A stretch of DNA of 62,250 nucleotides from contig SOIH01000087.1 of assembly GCA_004376895.1 (NCBI GenBank), positions 1-62,250 on the forward strand. Reading direction: 5' to 3'. The DNA is from Anaerolineales bacterium. Its GTDB lineage: Bacteria > Chloroflexota > Anaerolineae > Anaerolineales > E44-bin32. Within the stretch, counting starts at the first letter, position 1. The number at the start of each line of letters is the position of its first letter. The notes beneath the pieces are model-generated. The model saw only the letters and a list, made by a program, of their open reading frames with translations. It had not been told where the DNA came from and made no database searches. Below are positions 1 through 9,446 of this stretch, piece after piece. Position numbers and translations under genes: made by a program.

Positions 1-533
1 CCCTTATGTGGAATCACCTCGAGCAGCTTCAGCCAGCGCGGTGGATTGAAGAAGTGCATCCCCAAGAAATGCCCCTGGAAACCTTCGCTGCGACCTTCCG
101 CCAATGCTTTTATCGGCAAGCCAGAGGTGTTGGTGGCGATGATCGCGTGGTCGGCTCGGATGGCATCGATTCGCTCGAAGAGATCTCGTTTGATGTCGAG
201 ATTCTCGATGATGACTTCGACGATTAGATCGACATCTGCCAGCTGGTCGAAGTCGTCATCTAGGTTCCCAAGTGAAATAAGCTGCTTGGAAGTTTCGCTC
301 AGAACGGCTGGTGGACGGCTTTTGGTAACCGCCTTCCACCCCGCATCGATGATTCGGTTGCGGACGGATGCATCTTCTAAAGTTTTTCCATCTGCTTCTT
401 CAGCAGCCGTGAGTTTAAAGGGTACGATATCGAGCAGGAGCGTTGGGATACCTAAGCCTGCGAATAGAGCGGCAATCCCGCCTCCCATCGTTCCCGATCC
501 AATAACGGCTGCTTTTCGAATATGGTATTTCAT
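1..533 (-). CDS. 3-hydroxyacyl-CoA dehydrogenase/enoyl-CoA hydratase (FadN-like), 5' part; runs off the left edge of the window
   Basis: Not in the ORF track. Manual minus-strand reading from ATG at 533 (RBS AGGAGG) gives MKYHIRKAAVIGSGTMGGGIAALFAGLGIPTLLLDIVP, the Rossmann GxGxMG start of 3-hydroxyacyl-CoA dehydrogenases. It lies downstream of two acyl-CoA dehydrogenases. Confidence 0.88.
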   Translation of the reverse strand, partial: MKYHIRKAAVIGSGTMGGGIAALFAGLGIPTLLLDIVPFKLTAAEEADGKTLEDASVRNRIIDAGWKAVTKSRPPAVLSETSKQLISLGNLDDDFDQLADVDLIVEVIIENLDIKRDLFERIDAIRADHAIIATNTSGLPIKALAEGRSEGFQGHFLGMHFFNPPRWLKLLEVIPHK

Positions 534-550
534 AGACTCTCCTCCTAAAC

Positions 551-574
551 GTGAGTCAAGCATTTATGACTCAC
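551..574. promoter_or_regulatory. Perfect inverted repeat GTGAGTCA-N8-TGACTCAC upstream of the FadN-like gene (candidate operator or RNA hairpin)
   Basis: Read directly from the sequence, just upstream of the RBS. Function is inferred. Confidence 0.4.
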
Positions 575-636
575 ATTAAGAGCTTCATTCATCAACGGCA
601 TGAACGACACCGAGCGTTGACCCGTTACCGAATCGA

Positions 637-1878
637 TCAGCTCAACTCGTGTCGTGAGTATTCCAAGATCCGCCGAGCGACGATCAAGCGGTTTATTTGT
701 CCCGTCCCCTCATAGAGATCGTTGATTTTCGCATCTCTAAACCACTTCTCCAACAGGTATTCGCGTGAATAACCAAGTGGTCCCATCAACTCGACAGCAC
801 GCTGCGTGATCTTGACGACCACATCCCCGGCTTTCACTTTGCACATCGATGCTTCGATCGTGTTGGATTTGCGCTCATCCGCCAGCCACATGGCCTTGAC
901 CGTGAGCAGCCACGTTGAACGCAGCAGCGTCTCCATATCCACGATCTCACGTTCGATGTTCGTCATCGTGCTGCGCGGCAGCCCATAGCGGATCTCTACA
1001 CCCTGTTCCAGGAGCATCTCCTTCAATAACTCGATCGTTGCACGCGCGATCCCGAGTGCTGATGCGGCCACAAGCGGGCGTGTGGCGTCGAACGTAGCCA
1101 TGGCGCCTTTGAAACCCTTCTTGGTCTTCTTCTTTTTAACCACCTCAGGACTGCCAAGTATGTTGTCAAAGGGGATGCGGCAATCTTGAAGCACGATCGA
1201 AACAGTATCGCTGGAGCGGATTCCAAGTTTATGCTCCATTTTTGTGACTGAGCAGCCGGGAGTTCCGGCTTCAACGACGAAGGGGCGCACACCCGCACGA
1301 CCGGCTTCGGGATCAATCGTCGCCCACATCACAACGAACCCATCTGAGTCTACGAGCGCCTTATTCCCCGCGGTGACGAAGATTTTCTCTCCATTCAAGA
1401 TCCATTCCTCGCCATCGCGAACCGCCGTCATGCGAACTTCAGCGGGCATCGCCGATCCTGCATGCGGCTCCGTGAGCGCCATCGCATCGAAGACCGGCTT
1501 TTCCCCGCGGTAGCTTGAGAGGAACCGCTTTTTCTGCTCGGGTGTCCCCGTCGCGTTTACGGCAGCCCCTCCCAACCCCCCGCCCGGGGTACAGAGCCAC
1601 ATCCCTACATCCCCCCAGGAGAGTATCTCGGATGTGAAAGCCAGGCGCTGGAAACTGATGCTTGGCCCTTCTTTCTTTTTCTTCTTTTCAGAATCGGTCA
1701 GGACTCCACCCCCACCCATCGCTTTCTGAGAGGTGTGCATGAACTCAATATAATCCCAGGGGATCTCGTGCTCATGCTCATCAAAGTAGCGTGAAACAGG
1801 CCGCATCATGTTTTCAGCTATGGTTTCCATAATGACAACGGACTGCTCGATCTTCTCCGGCATTTTGAAGCTAATCAT
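637..1878 (-). CDS. Acyl-CoA dehydrogenase (FadE23-like subunit)
   Basis: Motifs ALTEPHAGS, LNGEKIFVT, KLGIRSSDT and EKWFRDAKINDLYEGT (catalytic Glu). The N-terminus (MMRPVSRYFDEHEHEIP) resembles mycobacterial FadE23. Confidence 0.92.
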   Translation of the reverse strand: MISFKMPEKIEQSVVIMETIAENMMRPVSRYFDEHEHEIPWDYIEFMHTSQKAMGGGGVLTDSEKKKKKEGPSISFQRLAFTSEILSWGDVGMWLCTPGGGLGGAAVNATGTPEQKKRFLSSYRGEKPVFDAMALTEPHAGSAMPAEVRMTAVRDGEEWILNGEKIFVTAGNKALVDSDGFVVMWATIDPEAGRAGVRPFVVEAGTPGCSVTKMEHKLGIRSSDTVSIVLQDCRIPFDNILGSPEVVKKKKTKKGFKGAMATFDATRPLVAASALGIARATIELLKEMLLEQGVEIRYGLPRSTMTNIEREIVDMETLLRSTWLLTVKAMWLADERKSNTIEASMCKVKAGDVVVKITQRAVELMGPLGYSREYLLEKWFRDAKINDLYEGTGQINRLIVARRILEYSRHELS

Positions 1879-1910
1879 GGGCTTCTCTCCCTAAACATCT
1901 CTCGAATCTT

Positions 1911-3002
1911 CTAAACCATCGCCATCCCGGCGAAGGTTGAAATGCCCCGTCCGTTACGCATCCACAGTTCCACAGGATGTTCGCGGATATAGCCATGGCC
2001 TCCCAGCACCTGCACTGCCCTATCTGTTACAGACATTGCTGTGTCAGATGCACCTGTAAGCGCCAGGTAGGCAGCTTTCGAAGCATCTTGCTCCTCGTCG
2101 ATCATCCAGGCGGCTTCCCATGCCAGCAAGCGGTTCGATTCAACCTCAATTGCCATCTCAGCCAGCATGAATGCGATCGATTGCCTCTGGGCAATGGGTT
2201 TACCCCAGACTTCGCGCTCTTTCGCATAGGGCAATACATAATCAAGCGCGGCCTTGCTCATGCCTATCGCCATCGCGGCGATGGTGAATTGAGCGCTGGC
2301 GATGACTGACGCTGGATCAAACCCATCGTCGCCACCCAAACGAGCATCGGTCGGAACTTTTACGTCTTCCAGAGTTAAGCTGAATGTCGGCAGCGCTTGA
2401 ATACCAAGGAGTTTATCCCTCTCGCCGACGGTCAATCCCTTCACGTCAGGCGGTACGATAAACGCCTGCGTCTTCCCATCCAATGCGGCAAACACCAGGA
2501 ATGATATCGCCTGGTCGGCGAAGGGTACATATGCCTTCTCGCCGGTGAGTGAATATCCGCCTTTGGTCTTCTTTGCAATCGTTTTCATCTCACCAAGATG
2601 GAAATCGAAACGGGATTCGGTGATAGCTGCCACATATGGCTTCCATTCCGCTTCAATGACCGGTGGGATTAATTCTTCCTTTTGCGCCTCCGTCCCGCCA
2701 TACAGGATTGGCATAACGTAGGTAGAAGGAGCCATCACCGCCAGCGCGATCGCCAGATCACCACATGCCATCGCCTCGGCGGCAAGCACTCCTGTAACTG
2801 CAGAATGTTCACCAAAGCCACCGTACTGCTCAGGCACGCTGGCCTGGAGGACACCCATCTCCCAACCCTTCTCGATGAGTGCGGGTGGGATCTCGCCGGT
2901 TTCCTCTGCATCACGAGCTGCTTCACGCAAATCGTTTGCCGCGTATCGCTCGACGGCATCGATGAGCATACGCTGCTCCTCAGATGGTTCAAATGAATAC
3001 AT
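1911..3002 (-). CDS. Acyl-CoA dehydrogenase family protein (FadE24-like, probably non-catalytic partner subunit)
   Basis: ACAD fold motifs (LTGEKAYV, QSIAFMLAEM, VQVLGGHGYIREHPVE). The C-terminus is short and lacks the YEG catalytic motif. Confidence 0.9.
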   Translation of the reverse strand: MYSFEPSEEQRMLIDAVERYAANDLREAARDAEETGEIPPALIEKGWEMGVLQASVPEQYGGFGEHSAVTGVLAAEAMACGDLAIALAVMAPSTYVMPILYGGTEAQKEELIPPVIEAEWKPYVAAITESRFDFHLGEMKTIAKKTKGGYSLTGEKAYVPFADQAISFLVFAALDGKTQAFIVPPDVKGLTVGERDKLLGIQALPTFSLTLEDVKVPTDARLGGDDGFDPASVIASAQFTIAAMAIGMSKAALDYVLPYAKEREVWGKPIAQRQSIAFMLAEMAIEVESNRLLAWEAAWMIDEEQDASKAAYLALTGASDTAMSVTDRAVQVLGGHGYIREHPVELWMRNGRGISTFAGMAMV

Positions 3003-3090
3003 AGGTCACTCCTTTAGAAAGGAGACGCATCTTCCTTTCCATGTCTCTTCTCTTTATACGTACTCCTGAACTTCGCTATTATTCAAGCTG

Positions 3091-4149
3091 TTAGCCACTC
3101 CCTCCCTTCAAAGCAGGCATAACACTTTCTTCGATGTGCCTGCGAATATATTTACGAGGCGTATCCCCCCCAGCCTCGAAATCATCAAGGTTTGTCAATT
3201 CAACAAACCCACGCGAATAGAGGTATTCGAAGTGTGCAGCGGTCTCCTCAACCGCCAGGATTTTATGGTATGCCTCCGTCTCCGGGAAAAGTTCTTGGGA
3301 CACTTCGTAAATCGTTGCCGGAGTCTCCAGGAGATCCAATATCTGATTCAGTCGCTCCCGGTGAACAGTAATAATCGCTTCGATTCTAGCCTCGGGATCC
3401 TCGATGGGGCCTTCATGTCCTCCCAGCGCCAGCCGAACTTGTTTTGTAAGAGGAGCAACTTTCTGGAGCGAGGCCAGATAATGCTCAAGGCCGGTGTTCA
3501 AGCTGAGGCTCTCAGGCGCCATATGGGGCGAAGTTTGCTCTAATATGTGGTCAGCCGAGAGCAAGATATCACCAACGCGGGCAACGATCTGCCCGGAGCA
3601 ATGCCCGGGAACATGGACAAACTCCAAACCGTTCAATCGCATTCCGATAGCTTCATAGGAAAAATCTACTTCGATTGAGGAAAATAAATGTTTATGCAAG
3701 AGATAAAGCGTAACCAACTCCTCAGCCTTAGACTCAGAGACCCCAGATTCAACCAAGAAGGCGCGGAAGCGAGGTTCGATTACTTCCAATCGCTCCTCAT
3801 AGTTCGTCAGCACACGCCGATCGAGCTCGTGGATCCCAAACGGTGCACTTGTCCGCTCGCGGACATAATGCAAGCCACCGTAATGATCAATATGAGCGTG
3901 GGAGATGAGGATGTGAGTGATCCGATCCCACCCAGCCTTCTCCTTGAATTCCGCGCGAATGTGCTCGAGACTTGCTTCAAGTTGCGCGTTCGAATCTCCA
4001 AATCCGGACCCCACATCGAAGAGCACGACGAGGTCTTTCGTAATCACAAGATGTGCGTACCCATGCATTCCCGGGAAGATGTCCAGCGGGATACGGTAGA
4101 TGCGGTCGCCTCCCGAGGTCTCGAATCGAGAGATTTCACGATCCTTCAT
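3091..4149 (-). CDS. MBL-fold metallo-hydrolase with C-terminal helical/winged-helix-like extension
   Basis: Motifs SHAHIDHYG, PGH, ADH and GGHE. Start placed at MKDREI (4149), which forms an ATGA overlap with the TetR stop. Confidence 0.85.
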   Translation of the reverse strand: MKDREISRFETSGGDRIYRIPLDIFPGMHGYAHLVITKDLVVLFDVGSGFGDSNAQLEASLEHIRAEFKEKAGWDRITHILISHAHIDHYGGLHYVRERTSAPFGIHELDRRVLTNYEERLEVIEPRFRAFLVESGVSESKAEELVTLYLLHKHLFSSIEVDFSYEAIGMRLNGLEFVHVPGHCSGQIVARVGDILLSADHILEQTSPHMAPESLSLNTGLEHYLASLQKVAPLTKQVRLALGGHEGPIEDPEARIEAIITVHRERLNQILDLLETPATIYEVSQELFPETEAYHKILAVEETAAHFEYLYSRGFVELTNLDDFEAGGDTPRKYIRRHIEESVMPALKGGSG

Positions 4150-4724
4150 GAGTTCGATTCCCTTCCATTCCAGAGGCCTTTGAGGAAGATATCCCCGAAT
4201 TGGTTTGCGATTTCCTGGGCAGACAATCTGCCGCCTGGTTGATACCAGGTAATCATCCAATTCAAAACACCCAGTATTGCGAAGGTGGTAATTACTTCAT
4301 CCGTAGGACGGAAGTCTCCAGATTTAGTGCCCTCTTCAAGAATCTCGCGCCAGACGGATTCCAATCGGTCGCGGCGAGCGATATGCGCAGCTTGGAGATC
4401 ATCCTCAAGGCTTCGATGCTCCTGCAGCAGCACAGCGGCAAGGTCGATGTCCTCGGTTAGACGGCCGACGTATGCTTGCATCGCTTGGCGCACTTTTTCT
4501 TCTGGCTTGATTTCAGATTTCGCAACCGCTTCGATGTCCTTAATGAGAAGATCGAGGGCGCGGTCGAGGATGTCGACAAGGATTTCTTGCTTTCCGGAAA
4601 TGTGATGATAAAGGCTGGCTTTCTGGAGGTGAACGGCATCGGCGATATCCTGCATCGACGTGCCGTGATACCCTTTCTGGCGAAAGATTTGCGCAGCCGC
4701 CTGAATGATATCCGAGCGTTGCAT
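4146..4724 (-). CDS. TetR/AcrR family transcriptional regulator (KstR2/PaaR-like)
   Basis: N-terminal HTH (IIQAAAQIFRQKGYHGTSMQDIADAVHLQKASLYHH). The C-terminal NWMITWYQPGG is typical of acyl-CoA-sensing TetRs. Confidence 0.92.
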   Translation of the reverse strand: MQRSDIIQAAAQIFRQKGYHGTSMQDIADAVHLQKASLYHHISGKQEILVDILDRALDLLIKDIEAVAKSEIKPEEKVRQAMQAYVGRLTEDIDLAAVLLQEHRSLEDDLQAAHIARRDRLESVWREILEEGTKSGDFRPTDEVITTFAILGVLNWMITWYQPGGRLSAQEIANQFGDIFLKGLWNGRESNS

Positions 4725-4736
4725 CGATGCTTACCC

Positions 4737-4752
4737 TACCGACCGTTCGGTA
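4737..4752. promoter_or_regulatory. Candidate TetR operator TACCGACCGTTCGGTA
   Basis: Near-perfect palindrome 12 nt upstream of the TetR start. It lies just downstream of a minus-strand TTGACT-N18-TAGGAT promoter (4787-4758) and matches the palindrome at 36499. Confidence 0.7.
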
Positions 4753-4804
4753 GTTCTATCCTAGCATACCCGCGGTGCCGGAGTCAAGCAATAAGCAAGC
4801 GATC

Positions 4805-4833
4805 TTGAGTGAATTCTTTTATTGGGATAAAAT
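4805..4833 (+). promoter_or_regulatory. Sigma70-type promoter of tRNA-Arg
   Basis: TTGAGT-N17-TAAAAT, 12 nt before the tRNA. Confidence 0.6.
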
Positions 4834-4845
4834 CAAGGGAGTGAA

Positions 4846-4917
4846 GCCCCTGTAGCTCAGTGGATAGAGCGCTGCCCTCCGGAGGCAGATGCCGGCGTTC
4901 GAGTCGCCGCAGGGGTA
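4846..4917 (+). tRNA. tRNA-Arg(CCG), CCA not encoded
   Basis: Acceptor stem GCCCCTG/CAGGGGT, D-arm GCTCAGTGGATAGAGC, anticodon arm CTGCC-CT CCG GA-GGCAG, T-arm CGGCG-TTCGAGT-CGCCG. Confidence 0.95.
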
Positions 4918-5143
4918 CTTTTTCTTTAAGTTAAAAATATGCGAGCTTGTGATCGATGAATTTGAAGAATATTCATTGTGTGCTAATATGGTCGCTTCGT
5001 GAATGCGCTTATTCTAGAGAGAACACTACTGAATAAGCTGCTCAAAACTAGGATGAAACAAAGTTAGGGAACGATTGAATTTATAGGTTTTCTCAAGGAT
5101 GGCTTACTGAGAAAAAGAATTCGGAGTCACATAATAAGGGAGA

Positions 5144-6022
5144 ATGGTTGTGAGCATTATCGAGGTCAACAATCTAACAAAGTATTATGGAAAAGCCAGG
5201 GGAATCGTCGATGTTTCCTTTAACGTGGATGAAGGAGAAATTTTTGGCTTCATCGGTCCCAATGGGGCTGGGAAATCGACGACGATCCGGCTGTTTTGTT
5301 CTCTGATCTATCCCAGCTCAGGGGAAGCGAAAATCTTCGGCAAAGACGCCATTAAGTATGGCCCTGAGATCAGACAAGATATTGGATATCTGCCCTCCGA
5401 AGTCTTTTATTACGACCGGATGAAGGTTATCGACCTGCTTAAATATTCCGCGAGTTTTTACAAAAAAGACTGCACGAAGAGGATGTATGAGTTGTCCGAA
5501 ATCATGGAGCTTGATCTGCATCGCCGGATCGACGACCTCTCCTATGGCAACAAGAAGAAAGTAGGCATTGTCCAGGGCCTTTTGCATGAGCCGAAGCTTC
5601 TGTTGCTGGATGAGCCAACCAGCGGTCTCGACCCTCTTATGCAGAAGAAGTTTTACAAACTCATTCGCGAGGAAAACGAACGCGGCGTGACGGTTTTCCT
5701 CTCATCGCACATCCTTGGTGTTGTGCAGAAAATGTGCAGCCGAGTAGCAATCATCAAGGAAGGTAGCATCGTTGATATTCAAGACGTACGAACGTTGGAA
5801 CGCGATAATTATAAAAAGATCCACATTGTGGCCGACGAGATTGATGAAAAGCGCTTTGATATCGATGGCGTGATTAAACTGGAGAAGGAAAATGGCGCTG
5901 TCAGTTTCTTCTATAAGGGTGATATCAATCAGATCACGAGAGCAATCAGTGCGCAAGATGTATCTGATGTGACGATCGAAGAGCCTACATTAGAAGAAAT
6001 TTTCATGCACTATTACGAATAG
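5144..6022 (+). CDS. ABC-2 type exporter ATP-binding protein
   Basis: Walker A GPNGAGKST, signature LSYGNKKK, Walker B LLLLDEPT and H-loop SSH. Confidence 0.93.
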   Translation: MVVSIIEVNNLTKYYGKARGIVDVSFNVDEGEIFGFIGPNGAGKSTTIRLFCSLIYPSSGEAKIFGKDAIKYGPEIRQDIGYLPSEVFYYDRMKVIDLLKYSASFYKKDCTKRMYELSEIMELDLHRRIDDLSYGNKKKVGIVQGLLHEPKLLLLDEPTSGLDPLMQKKFYKLIREENERGVTVFLSSHILGVVQKMCSRVAIIKEGSIVDIQDVRTLERDNYKKIHIVADEIDEKRFDIDGVIKLEKENGAVSFFYKGDINQITRAISAQDVSDVTIEEPTLEEIFMHYYE

Positions 6023-6835
6023 GTGATGGCTATGAATATTTACAAGCATGAATTCAAGATGAAAATTAGATCTGTGATCGTCTGGTCCTTGGCCATCGGA
6101 TTATTGATTTTCATCTACTTATCCATTTTTTCTTCGATTGCAGTTGATGCAAAACTTCTCAGTGAAATGATGGCAAGTTTTCCGGAGGAGTTTTTAATCG
6201 CTTTTGGAATGACGGATATAGACATGTCTACTATCCTTGGTTTTTTCGGGCTCATTTTCCTCTTCATTCAGATCTGCCTGGCGATCCAGGCTGCCAACTA
6301 TGGGTTTTCATTGGTCTCTGTTGAGGAAACGGACCTGACGGCTGACTTCCTGCTGGCCAAGCCAGTAGGGCGCACAAAGATCATGACCAGCAAATTGCTC
6401 GCGGCCATAACGAGTCTGACCATCACGAATCTTGTCGTATGGATCAGCAGTTTTGTATTCTTGCGCATGTACAGTGATGGAGGGCAATTTGAAACAAAAC
6501 CCGTGCTAGTTCTGATGCTCAGCATCGCGGTGTTTCAATTGTTCTTCCTCACGGTTGGGATGCTCATATCATTGCTGGTGAAAAGGGTAAGAAGTGTGAC
6601 GCCATATTCGATGGCGCTGGTGTTTGGACTGTATGTGCTGAATGCTTTTGGGGGAATGATCGGGGAGGACAAGTTGGAAATCCTGTCGCCCTTTAAGCAT
6701 TTTGAGCCAAACTACATCCTTAAGCACGCAGCCTATGATTTGCCCCTGGCGTGGATAAGCGTTGCTGCAATCGTTATTTCTATCGTTGGCAGCTATGTGT
6801 TGTATTCAAGAAGAAACATCCGCTCGGCGGTGTAA
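6023..6835 (+). CDS. ABC-2 type transporter permease subunit
   Basis: About 6 hydrophobic segments, EETDLTADFLLAKPVGR motif and SPFKHF. Adjacent to the ATPase. The true start may be a few codons downstream (MNIYKHE). Confidence 0.88.
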   Translation: MMAMNIYKHEFKMKIRSVIVWSLAIGLLIFIYLSIFSSIAVDAKLLSEMMASFPEEFLIAFGMTDIDMSTILGFFGLIFLFIQICLAIQAANYGFSLVSVEETDLTADFLLAKPVGRTKIMTSKLLAAITSLTITNLVVWISSFVFLRMYSDGGQFETKPVLVLMLSIAVFQLFFLTVGMLISLLVKRVRSVTPYSMALVFGLYVLNAFGGMIGEDKLEILSPFKHFEPNYILKHAAYDLPLAWISVAAIVISIVGSYVLYSRRNIRSAV

Positions 6836-6844
6836 GGAGGAGAG

Positions 6845-7639
6845 GTGAATATCTTTTTTCGAGAACTAAAAGCGAATTTCAAATCTCTGCTCATATGGGG
6901 TGTGATCGTCATCTTGTTCAACACCATGGGCTTCGCGAAGTTCACTGCGTATTATGAAAATCCCGAGCTAATTGAGGTTTTAAATGGTATGCCGCCCGCT
7001 ATGCTGGCGGCATTTAATATGAATGCCTTCAATCTAACCACGATATCGGGTTTCTTTGGCGTGATGATCACGTTCTTTGGTCTCCTTTTATCCATTTCTG
7101 CTGTGATGTGGGGAAGCGATATTATTTCGAAAGAAGAGCGGGACAAAACCGTCGAGTTTTCTCTTACCTTACCGGTTCGACGGAGCAGCATCGTCACCGC
7201 AAAAACTCTGGCGGCGCTTGTTAATTCCATTGCTTTACTGGGCATCACCTGGGGCATCACGCTGGTCAGTGTGTCTAAATATCAGCCTGACGGGGATTTT
7301 TATAAATTTTTAACCCTGGGTATGCTGGCGCTGTTTATCGTCCAGATTGTCTTCCTGGCAGTTGGTATTTTCCTGGGGTGTGCGATGAAACAGCACAAGC
7401 GGGCCAGTTCTACGGCGGTATTCCTATTACTTGGAACCTATTTCCTCTCCATTATTTCTGGTATGAGCGAGAACCTGGAGTTTTTGAAATACTTTTCACC
7501 GTTCAAATATTTCGACCCTGCTTCGCTACTGCATGAGTCAAAAATCGACCTTCCCTTTGTGTGGCTGTCTGTCGGGATCATTGCTGTGAGCATGATTGGC
7601 GCGTATGTGACGTACTCAAAGAGAGATCTGTATATTTAA
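6845..7639 (+). CDS. ABC-2 type transporter permease subunit (paralog)
   Basis: EERDKTVEFSLTLPVRR, SPFKYF and C-terminal RDL. RBS AGGAGG. Confidence 0.88.
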   Translation: MNIFFRELKANFKSLLIWGVIVILFNTMGFAKFTAYYENPELIEVLNGMPPAMLAAFNMNAFNLTTISGFFGVMITFFGLLLSISAVMWGSDIISKEERDKTVEFSLTLPVRRSSIVTAKTLAALVNSIALLGITWGITLVSVSKYQPDGDFYKFLTLGMLALFIVQIVFLAVGIFLGCAMKQHKRASSTAVFLLLGTYFLSIISGMSENLEFLKYFSPFKYFDPASLLHESKIDLPFVWLSVGIIAVSMIGAYVTYSKRDLYI

Positions 7640-7694
7640 TTAACACCCAGTCATGGTGCGTGTCCGATTAAGCGCAACCAACAAATTTAGTGAT

Positions 7695-7729
7695 AAAAAA
7701 AGCTGCCTGAAATCATAAGGCAGCTTTTT
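7695..7729. terminator. Rho-independent terminator, likely bidirectional
   Basis: AAAAAAAGCTGCCT-loop-AGGCAGCTTTTT between convergent genes. Confidence 0.75.
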
Positions 7730-7895
7730 AGGATGAGGGAGTGTGCAGCATCCAGCGGGCAAACCCTTACTTTAGAAATGAAGATGCCTTAGAGTTCCAC
7801 CCCGAATGGGGTTCGACCCGCCTCCCTCCCACTGCAACTCCCTCCGGGATACCGGGGGGTCTGCAAATGCCATTTCCTGGATATGTGATCAAATA

Positions 7896-9446
7896 TCAGG
7901 CTTCAACAAGATAATTTCGCATCATACCCATGTCTTCGTGTTCCAGATTGTGACAATGATAAAGATACAACCCTGTGAAATCCTCGAACTTGAGCAATAC
8001 CTTAACACTCTCACCCGGCATAACCAGCACAGTATCATGCCAACCCTCGTCCACAAACCCATCGCTGAGCGTGTCCCAGGCAGCGCGTCCCGCCGCGCTG
8101 ATTTCCCGCTCGATGATCTGAAATTGCAGGCCGTGGATATGCATCGGGTGTGGCAAAGCCATCCCGCCACCCATCATCCCCCTCCCACCGCCACTCTGAT
8201 TGGCAAATTGCCAGACTTCGAGATCGCCCAGCTTGACCACTTCATCCTGAGCGACATTCGTCATCTCAAAAGTGCGTCCATTGATGGTCCAGCCCATACC
8301 CGCACCCATCGCTAGCGTGAAGTTGCGCGGCGAGAGGCGATTGATAGCATCTGCTTCGTTGTGCCAACGAATCATCGGAAGGCGTTCCGGCATCGTCGCG
8401 GATATATTTTCTGCATAGTCAATCTGGGTTGTCATGATCGGGAAGGCTGCTCCACCGCCGGGGGCAGCTGATGGCAAATTGATAAGACGCACCTGACTTC
8501 CCACCTCACGCCCGCTGAAGTCCATCCACAAATCGATGCGCTGGGCGGGTGCCAGAGTAATGGTCTCTTTTTGGATGGACTGCTCCAGCAAGCCGCCGTC
8601 GGTGGCAATCACTGTCATCGGCGTGCCATCTTCCCAGCCCAGCTTGTAGATGCGCGAGTTCGAGCCATTATGTAGGCGCAAACGATACGGGCGCGTCGCA
8701 ACCGGCAGGGTGACATCGGGCTGCCCGTTGACCAACACACGGTCTCCCAAAAAGCCCATCATCTGATCCATCATGCCGTTGCCGCCGTAAACCAGTTGGT
8801 TATCCTCGTTAAAAAGACGATCCTGGATCACAACAGGTACGTCGTAATCACCGGATGGCAGGTCCAGGCTGCTTTCCTCATCATCGCTGATCAGGAAAAG
8901 ACCGGCCAACCCATAGTACGCTTGCGGCCCAGTGCGTCCGTGCGGGTGTGGGTGATACCAATAAGTTCCAGCGCGGTCGAGAACGGTGAAGTCATAAACA
9001 TAGGTCTGACCAGGTTTGATCGCCAATCGGGGATGGCCATCCGCTTCTACAGGAACATGCAACCCGTGCCAGTGGACAATAGATTCCTCGGGTAGCTCAT
9101 TGGTGAAATGGACGCGGATCGCCTGCCCTTTTTTGACATTGAAAATCGGCCCTAGATAACTGTTTGGAATCGTGCGCAAAGCGTTGGCAGGGCCGCTCAG
9201 GACTTCACCCTGATACCTATAAACGCTTGTCGCTCTACCCGAGAGGATTTGCGCCTCGCTTTCGATGGCTTTCAACGCTACCTCAACATCTGGCACGCCT
9301 TTAGGGATTGTGTTTGTACCCGATACATTTATCGCGGGGAGAGAGGTCGACATGATGTCGCTCGCTGCGCAGGCGCTCAATAATGCTACCCCTGAATACC
9401 CCAACAGATGTAGAAAATGTCGCCGTGAAATTTGCATTGTAGTCAT
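7896..9446 (-). CDS. Multicopper oxidase (CueO/bilirubin oxidase-like), Tat-exported lipoprotein
   Basis: Copper motifs HWHG, WYHPH, HPMHIHG and HCHNLEHEDMGM. The signal SRRHFL...LLSAC follows a start at MTTMQ (9446) with RBS AGGAG. Confidence 0.92.
   Translation of the reverse strand: MTTMQISRRHFLHLLGYSGVALLSACAASDIMSTSLPAINVSGTNTIPKGVPDVEVALKAIESEAQILSGRATSVYRYQGEVLSGPANALRTIPNSYLGPIFNVKKGQAIRVHFTNELPEESIVHWHGLHVPVEADGHPRLAIKPGQTYVYDFTVLDRAGTYWYHPHPHGRTGPQAYYGLAGLFLISDDEESSLDLPSGDYDVPVVIQDRLFNEDNQLVYGGNGMMDQMMGFLGDRVLVNGQPDVTLPVATRPYRLRLHNGSNSRIYKLGWEDGTPMTVIATDGGLLEQSIQKETITLAPAQRIDLWMDFSGREVGSQVRLINLPSAAPGGGAAFPIMTTQIDYAENISATMPERLPMIRWHNEADAINRLSPRNFTLAMGAGMGWTINGRTFEMTNVAQDEVVKLGDLEVWQFANQSGGGRGMMGGGMALPHPMHIHGLQFQIIEREISAAGRAAWDTLSDGFVDEGWHDTVLVMPGESVKVLLKFEDFTGLYLYHCHNLEHEDMGMMRNYLVEA

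Noticed and set aside
6-579. Plus-strand ORFs 6..227 and 46..579
   Set aside because: They are antisense shadows of the minus-strand FadN-like gene starting at 533.
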